Shown: positions 1 through 11,944 of the stretch, piece by piece
How the letters are laid out: each line of letters begins with the position of its first letter
How positions within the stretch are numbered: position 1 is the first letter of the stretch
Assembly: GCF_018350175.1 (NCBI RefSeq)
Contig: NC_058368.1
Span: forward strand, 205,780,001 to 205,844,000
Direction of reading: 5' to 3'
Length of the DNA stretch: 64,000 nucleotides
Origin: Felis catus
Lineage: Eukaryota
The notes under the pieces: generated by a model
Databases searched by the model: none
Seen by the model: only the letters and a program-made list of their open reading frames with translations
Told to the model about the DNA's origin: nothing
Position numbers and translations under genes: made by a program

Positions 1-19
1 ACTGTTAACATTCATGAAC

Positions 20-190
20 TCACTGAATCCTAATATACTCATGAAGTTAGGTACTATCACCTCCATTTTACTGATGATAAAATTGAGGTGCACAGAGGTT
101 AAATAGTTTTCTCAGTGGTCCACAGCTGGAAAGTGAAAGGATTCAAACCTAGGATTCTGATTCCAGGATCTATTCCTTAATCAATTTAAT
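20..190 (-). mobile_element. MIR SINE remnant
   Basis: MIR core in reverse orientation: ccattttactgatgataaaattgaggtgcacagaggttaaat...cacagctggaaagt...ggattcaaacctagg. Confidence 0.8.
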
Positions 191-370
191 ATACTGCCTC
201 TTGTTCTCAAAATGTGTCTTCAGTATACATGAAAGGGCATTTAGGAGGGAAACTTTTGAGTCTTTGCATGTCAGAAAATATAATGTATGCTCATGATTGA
301 CACATTAGCTAGATATAGAAGTCTAAGTTGAAAATCATTTCAACTCAGAATTTTGAAGGTATCGTCTTTT

Positions 371-587
371 ATTTTTTATTATTTAAAAACCTTTTTTAAA
401 AATTTATTTTGAGGGAGAGGTAGAGAGCAAGCCAGGGAGGGGCAGACAGAGAGGGAAACAGAATGCCAAGGCAGGCTCTGTACAGAGCCCAATGCCAGGC
501 TTGAACTCATGAACTGAACGGTGAGATCACAACCTGAGTTGAAATCACGAGTTGGACTCTTAACTGACTGAGCCACCTAGGCACCTC
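371..587 (-). mobile_element. Can-SINE (SINEC_Fc-type)
   Basis: tRNA-derived head ends ...ctgagccacctaggcacctc; T-rich tail; TSD tgaaggtatcgtctttt (354-370) / tgaaggcattgtctttt (588-604). Confidence 0.95.
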
Positions 588-1185
588 TGAAGGCATTGTC
601 TTTTAGCATCAGTGTTACTTTTGAGAAATAAAATGCCATTTGCCTCTCTGTGTTTTGATCTGTTTATAAATAACCTCTGTAAACTCAGGAAATCCTGTTT
701 AGCTCTAGTATTTTAAACTCTGATGATACGCTTTCATTCATTCATTTTGCTGGGTAATTGGTAGCCCTTTCAGTCTATAAATTTCTGTTTTTAGCACTCA
801 GAAATTTCCCTTTATTGCTTCTGTGCTAATTTCCTTCCTGTTCTTTTTGTTTGTTTCTTTATAAAAATCCTATCAGTCTGTGTCCTTAGAGATCCCTTTT
901 CTCATTTGTTTCTGGTCTCTTTCATGTTTGGAGTTTCATTCGAATATATGGTGATCCTTGGATTCCCAGTCATGCTTAAGAGTGAGACCAGATGAAAGTT
1001 TATTGGAAGTTTGAGAATGATGGTGGTGATGATTTGAATGTGTATTGTAGGGAGCTAAGGGGTACAGCTTATCAATTCTCAGGATTCATTCTAAGGTGAT
1101 CAGATGATAAGCATGTCTGCTCACTGAGGTAGATACCTCCCCAAGTTGTTTTGGGGAAGTATTTTAAGAACATTCTAGGGTTTTA

Positions 1186-1232
1186 TGTGTGTGCATGTGC
1201 ATATGCATGTGTATGTGTGTGTGTGTGTGTGT
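1186..1232. repeat. (TG)n microsatellite, imperfect
   Basis: Directly visible. Confidence 0.9.
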
Positions 1233-1812
1233 TCTGCCTGTTTAGGCTTCTAACATTAGGGAAAGTAGGCCAGGAAGGGAACTGGGATTTCCACTGCTTA
1301 GTAGCATTTGCCCACCTTCAATTTCCACCATACATAGGCCCCTATTGGGTCAATTTCTCCTGAGCAAATCTTTGTCCTCCTTCCAGTTTGTGTGAGGAGA
1401 AATCCTTGCCAAGTTGTATGGGATGAAGGAAGATACCCAGTTATATGGGTCTAAGTGCTCTGATTTCTAGATTTTTGACTAATGCTTTCCTCATTTCTAC
1501 CTTGTCTCACTGCATCTCCCATGATACTTGGTGCTTCTAAATCCTATGCTTTTTCAGGCTTCTATGGAAATTGTCTTTACATCTGTATCCTTCAGGCCCT
1601 TGGGTTGCAGCTTCCTCTGCTCTTCTGTCATTCATAAGTTATTTGTTCATCCACCTTTTACCTTCTAGATATGTGTTGATATTTCTTTATTTCCTTTTAC
1701 ATTCTCATTTTTTCCTGTAATTTTTAAATCTCTCTCTCTTTTTTTTTTAATTTGGGGAGGAGGCAACATATTTAATTTGCCATATTTCCTAAGTTTATTC
1801 CACATTGTCCAC

Positions 1813-1909
1813 TAAAAAAAATTGAAGTATTGTTGACATACAATGTTACACTGGTTTCAGGTATAGAACATAGTGATTCAACAAGTCTGTACATTATGCT
1901 ATGCTTCCC
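1813..1909 (-). mobile_element. Short carnivore-type L1 3' end fragment
   Basis: ttgacatacaatgttacactggtttcaggtatagaacatagtgattcaacaagtctgtacattatgctatgct; related copy at ~60480-60595. Confidence 0.7.
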
Positions 1910-1922
1910 ACACATCAGATAT

Positions 1923-1926
1923 GTGT

Positions 1927-1973
<47 letters not shown>

Positions 1974-2049
1974 TGTCTGTTTTAAAGCTCTATGCCCAAT
2001 ATGGGCCTCGAACTCATGACCCTGAGATCATGAGTCACATGCTCTACCA
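1923..2049 (-). mobile_element. 5'-truncated short Can-SINE with a (TG)n microsatellite in the tail position
   Basis: gggcctcgaactcatgaccctgagatcatgagtcacatgctctaccaa; flanked by acacatcagatat (1910-1922) / acacatcatatat (2050-2062). Confidence 0.8.
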
Positions 2050-2594
2050 ACACATCATATATCTTTAACTGATGCCTTGGCTAGCAAAATCACTGGACAC
2101 AGCTGCTGGTCTGGATCACACCAAAGAGGCCTTCTTTCTAAACTATCTCCTTTCAGCCCATAATCACCTTGATCTCACCATTCTTATTTTCCATGTCCCT
2201 GAAGCGAAGCAAAGTATTTAAGAAGATAGAGACCAAGGATAAGGCTGTTGGTGCCTAAGATCTTTCATTAAGGTGAAAGAGTGTGGTAGATGAATTTGTG
2301 GCTCACACCACAAAGTAATAAAAACAGCATATGTTCTGACAGAAAGAAAATTTTTCTACCAAAATAATATATAAGTATAAAGATGAAATGTACCCTGATG
2401 TTTTTTCACTCATTATTTCAGTGATGGTAAGTTTTTAAAAACATAATTACTGCTATTTTATAAAAATTTAACTATGATACCTTTTATAGTATGCTTTTCC
2501 CCACATTGCTAGATTCAATTATTAACTTTATATCCATTTTTAGATCTGCTTTTTCTATCCAGTGCTCGATTTTCTTATGCATGAAAATACTTTT

Positions 2595-2717
2595 ATTTTG
2601 TTTAGTTTTTTTTAATTTATTTTTTTAAGTAATCTCTACACCCCAACATGAGGCTCAAACTCACAACTTCAAGATCAAGAGTTTCATGCTCTACTGACTG
2701 AGCCAGCTAGGCACCCC
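2595..2717 (-). mobile_element. Short Can-SINE (tRNA-like head plus tail, no CT tract)
   Basis: ...gatcaagagtttcatgctctactgactgagccagctaggcacccc; TSD tgaaaatactttt (2582-2594) / tgaaagtactttt (2718-2730). Confidence 0.92.
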
Positions 2718-3699
2718 TGAAAGTACTTTTCAATGAAATCTTTAAAAAATTCTGACCCTCAAAATTTGTTTTTTATTAAACATTTATATAGTATTTTAAT
2801 GTTAAATTCTCATTAGAATTTTAATTCTATTTAGAGACTACAACTCTTTAGGAGATTAGAAAAAGAGGGCATGAAAGAGAGAGCAATGCTTTTTTTTAAG
2901 TGTTGGTTAATGAGATCCAGGGAGAAAGATGAAAGAAATGGGTTTCCTTTTGTGTTTGCAGGAGGATAAGGGGAAAAAAGGAAGAACAGACTTAATTGGG
3001 TAGTTTTTTTCTTACTCAAGATTTTGTTTTCATGGGTTAGGAAAATTTGGGACTTAAAGTCTTAGTCAATTTCATAGCAGAGGTATATATTCACATTGAA
3101 TTGAGAGGAAAGGTCTTTTGAGGTTAGTAAGAAGCATCAAGAGGCAGCTGAGACAGCAGCTTTTACCCTAGGCTATTTGAAAAGTCAAGAGCAGAGCTAA
3201 GAATAGATGTTTGTAATGGCCTGTCCAGTTTTCAGACCACAGACACATGCTCCCTGGTCCCCATGGCTGCTTAGAGTATCACTTTAGAATATGCACTGGT
3301 TGGATATATTGGAAGAGACTGAGTCACTTGCCTATCCAGGCTCAATTTTTCTTTTACTCCCCTGGTTGGTTATTAGATTGAAAGCAAAGCTGAGGCAAGG
3401 ACCAAGAGCAAGGCTTCTGGATCAAGAGAGTGAATTGAGAATTGAGCACATGCTGAATCATCTCTCATATGCTTTAAACTCATACAAAAATATTGGGTGC
3501 ATACTTATAACAATTAAGAAAAAAAGACATAAATTTCAAATGCTGAGAAAGGGAAATCTCTGGAGACTTTACGTAGAACTGCTTAAAAAAATTGACAAAC
3601 ACCTATGTGGATAGGTAGAAGCTGAAGTTTAGGAACATAAAATGCTGTTCTTAAGCTGAGTTTTCTTAACAGGGTCTGAGTGTTGTGCACTACACCATC

Positions 3700-4300
3700 A
3701 ACGCTGAAGACTTCATGAAACTATAATGGGTTTACACAGAAGATAACCTCCCTGAGTACCTGATAAGGTCAATAAAGTGAAAAGCATGCAATAAATTTAG
3801 CAAGCTTAGGAATCTATATTTCCCAAAGCAGGGATTATTAAGTAATCTGAACAAAATTAAACAAATACTTATAATGTCCTTTAAAAGATAAATAATGGAA
3901 TAGGAACATAAAAATGTATAGGTGATAATAAAATAAGAATAAGTGACCATGAAAAAGCAGGTGTATTGAAATTAACATTAAGGTTCTTAGACGGTAGTAA
4001 AATAGTTCTAGAAAAACCAGAGAGAAAACACATACATTGCATAGAAGACTGGAAACAGATGAGGAGAGAATGATGAACCAGGAGAACGCAACACAAAGAT
4101 GTAGAAATGGAAAGTATGAGATAGTGAGGGGACATAGAAGATTCCCAAAGTCCAACGCACATGCGCTACAAATTGAGAAAGGAGAAAATACAAAGAATGG
4201 TGTCAAAACAAAATATAAAGAGATAATGGTTGACAATTCCCTAGAACGAACATAAGAGTATTCAGATTAGAAATGCCTTTTGAGTACTGAGCAAGATAAA
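3700..4300 (+). mobile_element. Degraded L1M/HAL1 ORF1-like fragment
   Basis: A-rich; aaagagataatggttgacaattccctagaa...gagtattcagattagaaatgcc resembles L1 ORF1 (EIM.ENFP motif). Confidence 0.55.
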
Positions 4301-4304
4301 CAAT

Positions 4305-4495
4305 GACCAGGGGAAAATAAAGGAGCAATTTTTGGGAGTGGACACAGAAAATAAAATTTTTACCCATATTTATTGTATCTCATCTCTTTCTATTATATGC
4401 GTTATACTGTTCACAATATACAAAGCAGTAGTATACACACATAAATATTTTTTTGCTGATTGTGGTGCACAGTCAGTAAAGTTTGGGACTCACTG
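4305..4495. mobile_element. Possible hAT-Charlie-type non-autonomous DNA transposon fragment
   Basis: Ends in aaagtttgggactcactg, a Charlie/MER-like terminal inverted repeat; other end not clear. Confidence 0.35.
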
Positions 4496-5257
4496 ATATT
4501 TACATCTTATAAATATAATCTTAGGATTTTTTAATAGGTAATTAAGCTCAACCTAAACTGTGGGAACTTGATGTATCCCAAACCTCATATGTCCTGAAAC
4601 TAGACCATAGAGTTCTTCATATTAAAGCTGACTGATAAGTCAGCAGTGTAGAGTGAGGGATCCTGTCAGACTAAAAAGATAGAATAATGATTATTTTGCA
4701 GTCAGTACTGGGCATGATGTTGGACTGGTGTATGAGTGGCAATTGGATGGTTCAATTATGGAAGCCCAGATGGTCAGCGAAAACCTGACCAAAAGTGTCT
4801 AGAGCAATACTTGTAGCATAATAACTAAGAAAACAATTACATTAAAAAGTGTTGTCACTGATTTTGTTGAGTTCCCAAGGATTTAGGAAGCCTAATTTTC
4901 CTTGAGAGGGCAAGTATTCAAAGAGGAAGGGTAATCCTGAAAGTGAATGCCGTGATTAGTAGAAAAGAAGGAAGCTCAAGGAAAACCAAGCCTAATAGTG
5001 GTCAATGCCGATGCACAATACAAGAGGCATGGAAATAATAGTACATCAGCAGGTTAGGGATACCTGCCATGATCAGGAATACAAGCCTATGCTAAGGTAA
5101 TTTAACTCTGGGGAAAATTTAACTCATAGAACCTTTGCATCCAGATAGCAAGATCTGGGAAAATCCCTAAGAAGTTGCAAATAGGGATTACAGATGGAAA
5201 GCAAACACTCAAAGACCAGAAATATGAATCTCCTACCATTAGAAGCAAGTACACTAT

Positions 5258-5464
5258 GGGGCACCTGGGTGGCTCAGTCAGTTAAGCGTCTGACTTGGGC
5301 TCAGGTCATGATCTCACTGCTGGTGAGTTTGAGCCCCACATCGGGCTCTGTGCTGACAGCTCAGAGCCTGGAGCCTGGTTCGATTCTGTCTCCCTCTCTC
5401 TACCCCTCCCCTGCTCTCTCTCTCTCTCTCAAATATAAAATAAAACATAAAAAAAATTAAAAAA
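5258..5464 (+). mobile_element. Can-SINE (SINEC_Fc-type)
   Basis: ggggcacctgggtggctcagtcagttaagcg head, CT tract, A tail; TSD agaagcaagtacactat (5241-5257) / aggagcaagtacactat (5465-5481). Confidence 0.97.
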
Positions 5465-5614
5465 AGGAGCAAGTACACTATGACAAATTCTTCTTGAGGT
5501 AGGATTGGTGTTTAGGTGAGACCACAGTAGTTTTATACAATTGGTTATAAGGCACACAGTTCATAAACTTTTCTCAAAGACAAATTTGCTCTGAGTTCTA
5601 TTCATGGAAAGATC

Positions 5615-6120
5615 TTACTTTCCATTCATTTTCTCACTCAAATCAATCTAATTGCTGTCCTTACCATTTTACTAAAAATGCTTATTATAATTTACTGATA
5701 ATTTTAGGTTGGCAAAGCGAATGCACACTGTTTAATCAGCATCATTTCACAAAGTTGAGCTTACTCTTTCTTTCAACAAGATAGTTTATTCCATAGGCTG
5801 CTGTTCCGGGCACTCTCATGGATTTTTTTTCCTACCTCTTAAGCCACTCCTCCTCAGGCCTCCTCTTCTATCACATTTCTAAATATTAGATTTTGGTTTT
5901 ATCTTGGACCCTATTCTGACCCCTCAGTCTTGATGAGATCATTGAACACCACCAATCTGCAAATAACTCCTAGATTTATATGTTCAGTGAAGATCTCTCA
6001 TCTGTGTTCCAGGACTGCTCAACTCCCCACATGCTGTCTCCATGGGACTGCCTCACAGGCATTGCAAATATGTTAAAAACTGCACTCCTCAAACCCCATT
6101 TCCCCTGAAATCTCATACAC
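5615..6120 (+). mobile_element. L2 LINE remnant
   Basis: caatctgcaaataactcctagatttatatgttcagtgaagatctctcatctg...catgggactgcctcacaggcattgcaaa matches the L2 3' body pattern. Confidence 0.65.
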
Positions 6121-8031
6121 CGGATTTCCTGATCTGACCCTTGGTTAACTTGTTGGCTCTGTTCTGCTGGTGACTTGATCAGAGCAAAATGTTAACCATA
6201 TTTTTATGCGGAATTGCTTATGATAAATGGCCTTGGCTTTCTAAACTGAATCTTGACTAAGAGCATTGCCATATACCTCATGTGAACATCATAGCTTTGG
6301 GCTTCCCTGAATATGGTGACTCTTGTAATTGGACATGTTCCTTGCAGAAATATGACACTGATTGCCTGGGCTAAATGACTTGCTGAAGGACTAGACTGAA
6401 ATCACATATGATCCTGAGGCTCTCTAAGGCTGCTAGGTGCAGTTTTAATATCATTAATTTCTCAGGGCTGTGGGTAGAACAAAGTTATTGATTATGAGAC
6501 ATGTACTTCTTCAGTGGATTTGATACCTAATTAGAATTAATTAATGTTAATTAATGTAAAACAGATGTATGGACCTAACTTGTCACAGCTCAATTTTTAA
6601 AGAGTTGTCCCTGAGATAGGAGTGGAAGGCTGATGTGTTGGGGTGGAACCCAATTGGGTTCTGACCATGACACTGAATTGGTCTGCTGCTACTGATTTGG
6701 AGCAGAATAAGTCATTTCATTCTTCATCTTCCAAGCAACCACCGTGGCTGACCCTTCCTCTGGATGGTCTTATCACTTAATCATTTGAAAGATGATCAAA
6801 CACTTCTGAGACACTGTAAAAATAAGGTGAAAGTAGAAATATCAGTGTAGGTTAACGAGTGGGGAAAGATGATGAAAAATGCTCCTATAGCCCAGTGTCT
6901 TAGGAAGAAAAAAAACACCACAATTTTGCAGCACACTTTATAGGGGAGAGAAAACTAAATTCTCAAGTGTGTGTGAAACCAATTGCAGTGACTTAGAGGA
7001 GAGTCATTATTTCAAGAAAATCACATTATTCCTCCCCCTCTCCTCTTCTACAGATTTTAGAGGTAGGAGGGACAATTTCCTGATCTTTTGTAGGATACAA
7101 GAAAAAAAAAAGGAAATTATTTCAGTCATGCATTACACTGTTCCTGGAGGCTTCTCTAGCTTAGAATCCTGTTGCCTTCATTCTTAATGCACAATAAGCT
7201 AAAGTACCGATTTTGGTTTTATCTGTTGAGTCAATTTATGGATTATATAGAAAAGTCTGTTCCAGTATCTAGAAGAAATGTTTTGCTTGAGTTTATTTAC
7301 AAATAAACCAATATAATAGCAAAATGTATTATACAATTTGATTATCCATTTCAGTTTTTAGATGTAGTCCGAACAACTTTTAGTCCTTTTGGAAAATAGC
7401 AAACCAGTTGTTAGAGGACAAATATGAGACACCACTGAGAATGCATTTGCTGATAAAATATGAACAATTAATCTTACACCAAATTTAGAAGCCAGACTTA
7501 TTATAATCCCTTTGATCAAAGACAGAATATTTAGGCAGCAACAATAATTGCAGCAAGAATAAAAACCTGACAATTCCAAAAACAATCAAAGAATAGTTTC
7601 AATAACTTTAAGTTTACACGTTCGTAATAAGACTTATAAATAACACAGAATGTAAACTGTAAGCTTCTTGTTAATGACAATACATAAAATCTAATTATCA
7701 AAGATTTCAAATGAAATTTCATTTCATAAATACATTAAAAAGTCTATCATAAATAGAGCGATGAATCCTTCAATTCTTGCAGGGTAAAGAGGACTCACTG
7801 GGTAAAATTATTTGTGTGGAAACACATTTAATTTCTTGGTTACCTGCAGTACGATGTCAGTAAAGTAGAAGCATATGTAAACCGCTTGACTTATTTCAGT
7901 GTGCCAGGCTCTGCTCTCCGTGTTGATGAGCTGCAATAAAGCCCGGAGTTTCCATGCTGGGATTTGATAGCATACATTCTGATGTTTCTTCAACTTAAAA
8001 AAAAAAAAAAAGGTGAATCTGATGATGCACA

Positions 8032-8212
8032 TGTCTTAGTCCATTAGGGCTACTCTACCAAAATTTTATGGACAAGGTGGTTTATGAACAAGAGAAATTT
8101 ATTTCTCATAGTTCTGGAGGCTAGAAGTCTAAGATTAAGGTGTTGGCAGATTTAGTGTCTGGTGAGAGCCTGCTCCTTGGTTCATAGATTGTTAGGTATG
8201 TATGTATGTATG

Positions 8213-8245
<33 letters not shown>

Positions 8246-8431
8246 CCTCACACGGCAGAAGGGGGAAGGAAGCTTTCTAGGGCATCTTTTTTTAAAAGGT
8301 CACTAATCCCATTCATGAGTGTTCTACTCTCATGATCTAACACCTCCCAAAGCCCCACCTCCAAAGGCCATCACATTAGAGATTAGTGGTTTCAGTACAT
8401 GAATTTGGGAGTGCATATTTGGTTTAAAGCA
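8032..8431 (-). mobile_element. MLT1A-like MaLR solo LTR containing a (TATG)n tract (8197-8244)
   Basis: tgtcttagtcc...agaaatttatttctcatagttctggaggctagaagtc...; TG...CA ends with perfect 5-bp TSD gcaca (8027-8031 / 8432-8436). Confidence 0.92.
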
Positions 8432-10614
8432 GCACATACTCTTACAGAAGATGAGAAAGTCATGTATCACCTGTGCACCTCTATTTAGCCACAGTTTGAA
8501 TGATTTAAGTACAGTTCAGCAAGAACGAAGATGAAGTGTATTAAAATTCAACATTTTTGATAATTGACTTGCAGTCACCACTGTGGTGGGCATTGGTGTG
8601 CTGAAATGAAATTCCCCAGTCTCTGAGAGGTTTATGATATACATGGGGAAATAAAGCATCCATAAAAGCACCTTTTGCAGGAGACTGGGAATTACGTTAT
8701 ATTTTTATACACACATATCTTTCTTAGAAAACATAGGTTAGTTAACTCCTTTAAATTGGAGTTCTTTTCTCTCTGCACTGTATAATTAAGTCTTTGTTGC
8801 ATATGACCTTTGTTGCATATGACCCTGGGACTGTTTCTTGACGTTTTACTTTGACCTCCATCATTAGTTCCTTGCAGGATTTGTGTTTATGTATCCAATC
8901 ATTTCTCCTTCCCTTCTCCCCACACAGAATAGATGCTCAGTCAATACTTGTCACTTGTTTGATTGTATGCTTGATTGTATGTTTGACTGTATGCTTGTTG
9001 GGCACAAAAGAAGCTGGTAGGAAGAGGTCAAAATCTGACAGGTAGTTGAGAGTGCTGATATTGGCAGAGAACATAATGGTAGACTGAGAAGTCATAGGGA
9101 GGTATCTGATGGAAAGGAGTAGAATGTGTTATGAAACAGTAAGAGATATGGCCATCTAACCAGCTGGCAGTCTTGAAGCCGGGGCTATGAAATCTTGTTA
9201 TTATTGATTTTAGGAACATGGTATTTTAGGAACATTAACTTGACATTGGTGTGCTAAAGGGACTTAGGTAGTGTTGCTAGTTGGACATGTCCCATTCATT
9301 CATGTGAATTTATCATTCTTTCAAAATTAGTGAGATAAAGCTGGATTTGAAGTATTAATTCATCATGATGTTATTTTTTTTTTTTATCTCAGGTTGTGTT
9401 GACTGATTTCTCACCTCCATTTATAGTAATGGAATCTAATTGAAGGGCTTTTAAGTAAGCAACTCTGCCACACTGATGTGGGTGATTTTTTTGTGAAATT
9501 CTGATGACTCTTTTTTCCTTTTATCTAGTCTGAATGGCATTTACATTTGGAAGAATCAAGACATGAAATCCTCCTAGCCTCTTCAAACATAAAAGTGGCT
9601 GTGAATATGTTATTTGTCTTCTTAAGCCATATTTTTCTCTACAGCCTTGAACCTAGGTGAGGAGACTTAGAAGAGAGTGTTTAATCAATGACTTTACTAT
9701 TCTTTTATTTAGTCATTTGAAAGAGTACTTGGCATTTAAGGGAAATGTTTTTCTTTGAAAAAATAGGTAAGAAAGAGAAAAACTCAAGCAGTACGCCGTG
9801 GAAATGTCTAAACAAAAGATGCTTTGCATAAGGAAATAAGTTGTAGGAATAGATACTCTGAAAAGAATATAAATATATCTTTTCTTACTTGAAAGGGTAC
9901 AGCTAAAATGTAGCATGAGTTGGATATGTTTGCATAACACCACCCAGTGTTTCTGTATACATTTTTTTTACAGGGTCTGATAAGAAACTTTCCTTGTTAA
10001 ATGTGTATGTAGCTCCTGAAATAAATGCAATTTATGTAGATGCCTTTGAATGTTTTCCCTCTGATCCTTTATTTTTCACTTCAGCCCATTCTTCCTGCTT
10101 CAGCTTTCTCTGGCAGCCTCACAGCCTAAAGAAAAACATTCTCAGGTTTCCAGGGGGAAATTCAGCATTTCTGTGAGCTGACTCCACCCTCTATCTTGGC
10201 CACTTGCTTTAAATCCACTGTTTTGTCCACCACTTGATCCCAGCAATTAGCATGGCTTGTGGCATGGGATTGGCATTCAGTTAACATTTACTAAATGAAA
10301 ATGATTAAAGGTCCTTAGATTTGCCCCAACTGGTAAACTTTTGCTCTTCAAAGTAAATGACTGTATAATTTCTTATCCATCTCTATCACATTTCTTCTTC
10401 CCTCTTATTTTAGTTTCAACTTTTCAGTTTTGGTGTCTAACTTTCATTTCCACTGGAGATTCTCAGGCCGTTCACTGTGTTCTTTATTCCTTCTATGTTC
10501 AGTTCTTTCCATATTGAACCCCTAAAGCTTCATCAAGTTGGGTCATATCTAAATCTGTTTTCTAAAATCTTATTACCCTGACTACCCTCTACCCTTTCAT
10601 CTCTGATCTAATTA

Positions 10615-10715
10615 ATTTTTAAGAATTGAAGTAAAATTGACATATATTAGTTTCAAGTGTGCAGCATAATGGTTCGATCTTTATATTTATTTCACCTAGC
10701 TAACCTTTACCACCA
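10615..10715 (-). mobile_element. Short L1 3' end fragment
   Basis: aattgaagtaaaattgacatatattagtttcaagtgtgcagcataatggttcga. Confidence 0.6.
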
Positions 10716-11289
10716 TGGCTATTATCTAGAATGGGGAGAGGGAGAAGGAAAAGCGATTGATGGATGGTGGTTAAACATTGTTCCGGTGACAACACACATT
10801 TTCTGTCTCCCTTTGAAAGTTGTTGTGTTTCAAATATATTGTGTATGATGATGGTTGATTCTTCCCTAAATTAAATTTGCTGCCTCTGCTGGTTCTATCC
10901 ACTCATATATACACAGTTTTTCTTTGCAGCCATCCACCAACAGCATTCTATTTCTGTGACTTATATACTGTTTTCTTTCTTATAACTATAGAATATCATT
11001 CTTTGGGAGAGTGAGCTGAGACACAATGGTCTGCTGAGATGGGGAAGACCCAGTCTTTTCGCAATTCCTCGAAGAAACTTATGGCAAAGTCAGGGAAATA
11101 ACGATACTCGTCTCAAGAATACCAGGGACTTGCTGAATGACTCTGGGGAATTCAGCAGCTATCCCCTTCTGGGGAAAAGCGACTGAGACACAAATTTCCT
11201 GTACGTGAACTTATTCTCATGTCTAAGGACTGGAGTCTGGTTGATACACAACCCTGTGCATAGAAAGCATCTATGTTCCATTGAGGAAA

Positions 11290-11500
11290 TATATTTAGTA
11301 ACTACCACATGCTCAGAGCTATACTAGTGTCTTTATAAAACATAAGTAAGTCATCTATTTCTCCAGACAACCCTGTAAGATACTTATTAGGTCCATTTTA
11401 CAGAAGAGGCAAAGGTATCGTTAAGAAGGTTAAAAACATTTTGCCCAAGTTAAATAGTATTAATGAGTCATTGGACTAGAACTTGTACCCACGTTTGTCT
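11290..11500 (-). mobile_element. MIR remnant
   Basis: acaaccctgtaagatacttattaggtccattttacagaagaggcaaag...ttgcccaag. Confidence 0.75.
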
Positions 11501-11712
11501 ACACTTACGCTGTACAACAGAAACAACAAAGCAGACAAACTCCAGGTGAGTGACTAAATGAGGGAACATACCTATGAAAGAATACAGATCTCTAGGAAAC
11601 CAGTTCCCATGTGGTAGGAAAAAGATGATAGAAAATAATAGGCATAACAGCAAAACATTCAGCCAACAGTCTGTGATGCTTGTATCAGTTCTTTGGCATA
11701 AGAATATTGATA

Positions 11713-11944
11713 GGACCGCCTGGATGGCTCAGTCAGGTAAGCATCCAACTCTTGATTTCAGCTCAGGTCATGATCTCACAGTTCATGAGTTTGAGCCCCA
11801 CATTGGGCTCTGTACTGACAGTGTGGAGTCTGCTTTGGATTCTCTCTCTCCCTCTCTCTCTGCCCCTCCCCTGCTCATGCACGCTCGCTCTCGCTCTCTC
11901 TCTCTCTCTCTCTCTCAAAATAAATAAATAAACTTAAAAAACAA
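11713..11944 (+). mobile_element. Can-SINE
   Basis: Head, CT tract, A tail; perfect TSD aagaatattgatag (11700-11713 / 11945-11958). Confidence 0.96.

Larger units (their letters stand above)
200..1790 (-). mobile_element. Old L1M fragment (5'/ORF1 region, antisense), interrupted by a Can-SINE
   Basis: T-rich antisense L1-like text, e.g. ctttgcatgtcagaaa...ttagctagatatagaagtctaagttgaaaatcatttc; boundaries approximate. Confidence 0.55.

Noticed and set aside
3838..4255. Stack of hydrophobic minus-strand ORFs resembling membrane proteins
   Set aside because: These are antisense readings of A-rich L1-like sequence, which give Phe/Leu-rich peptides.
5258..5345. tRNA-like A/B box sequences
   Set aside because: These are the tRNA-derived heads of Can-SINEs, not tRNA genes.
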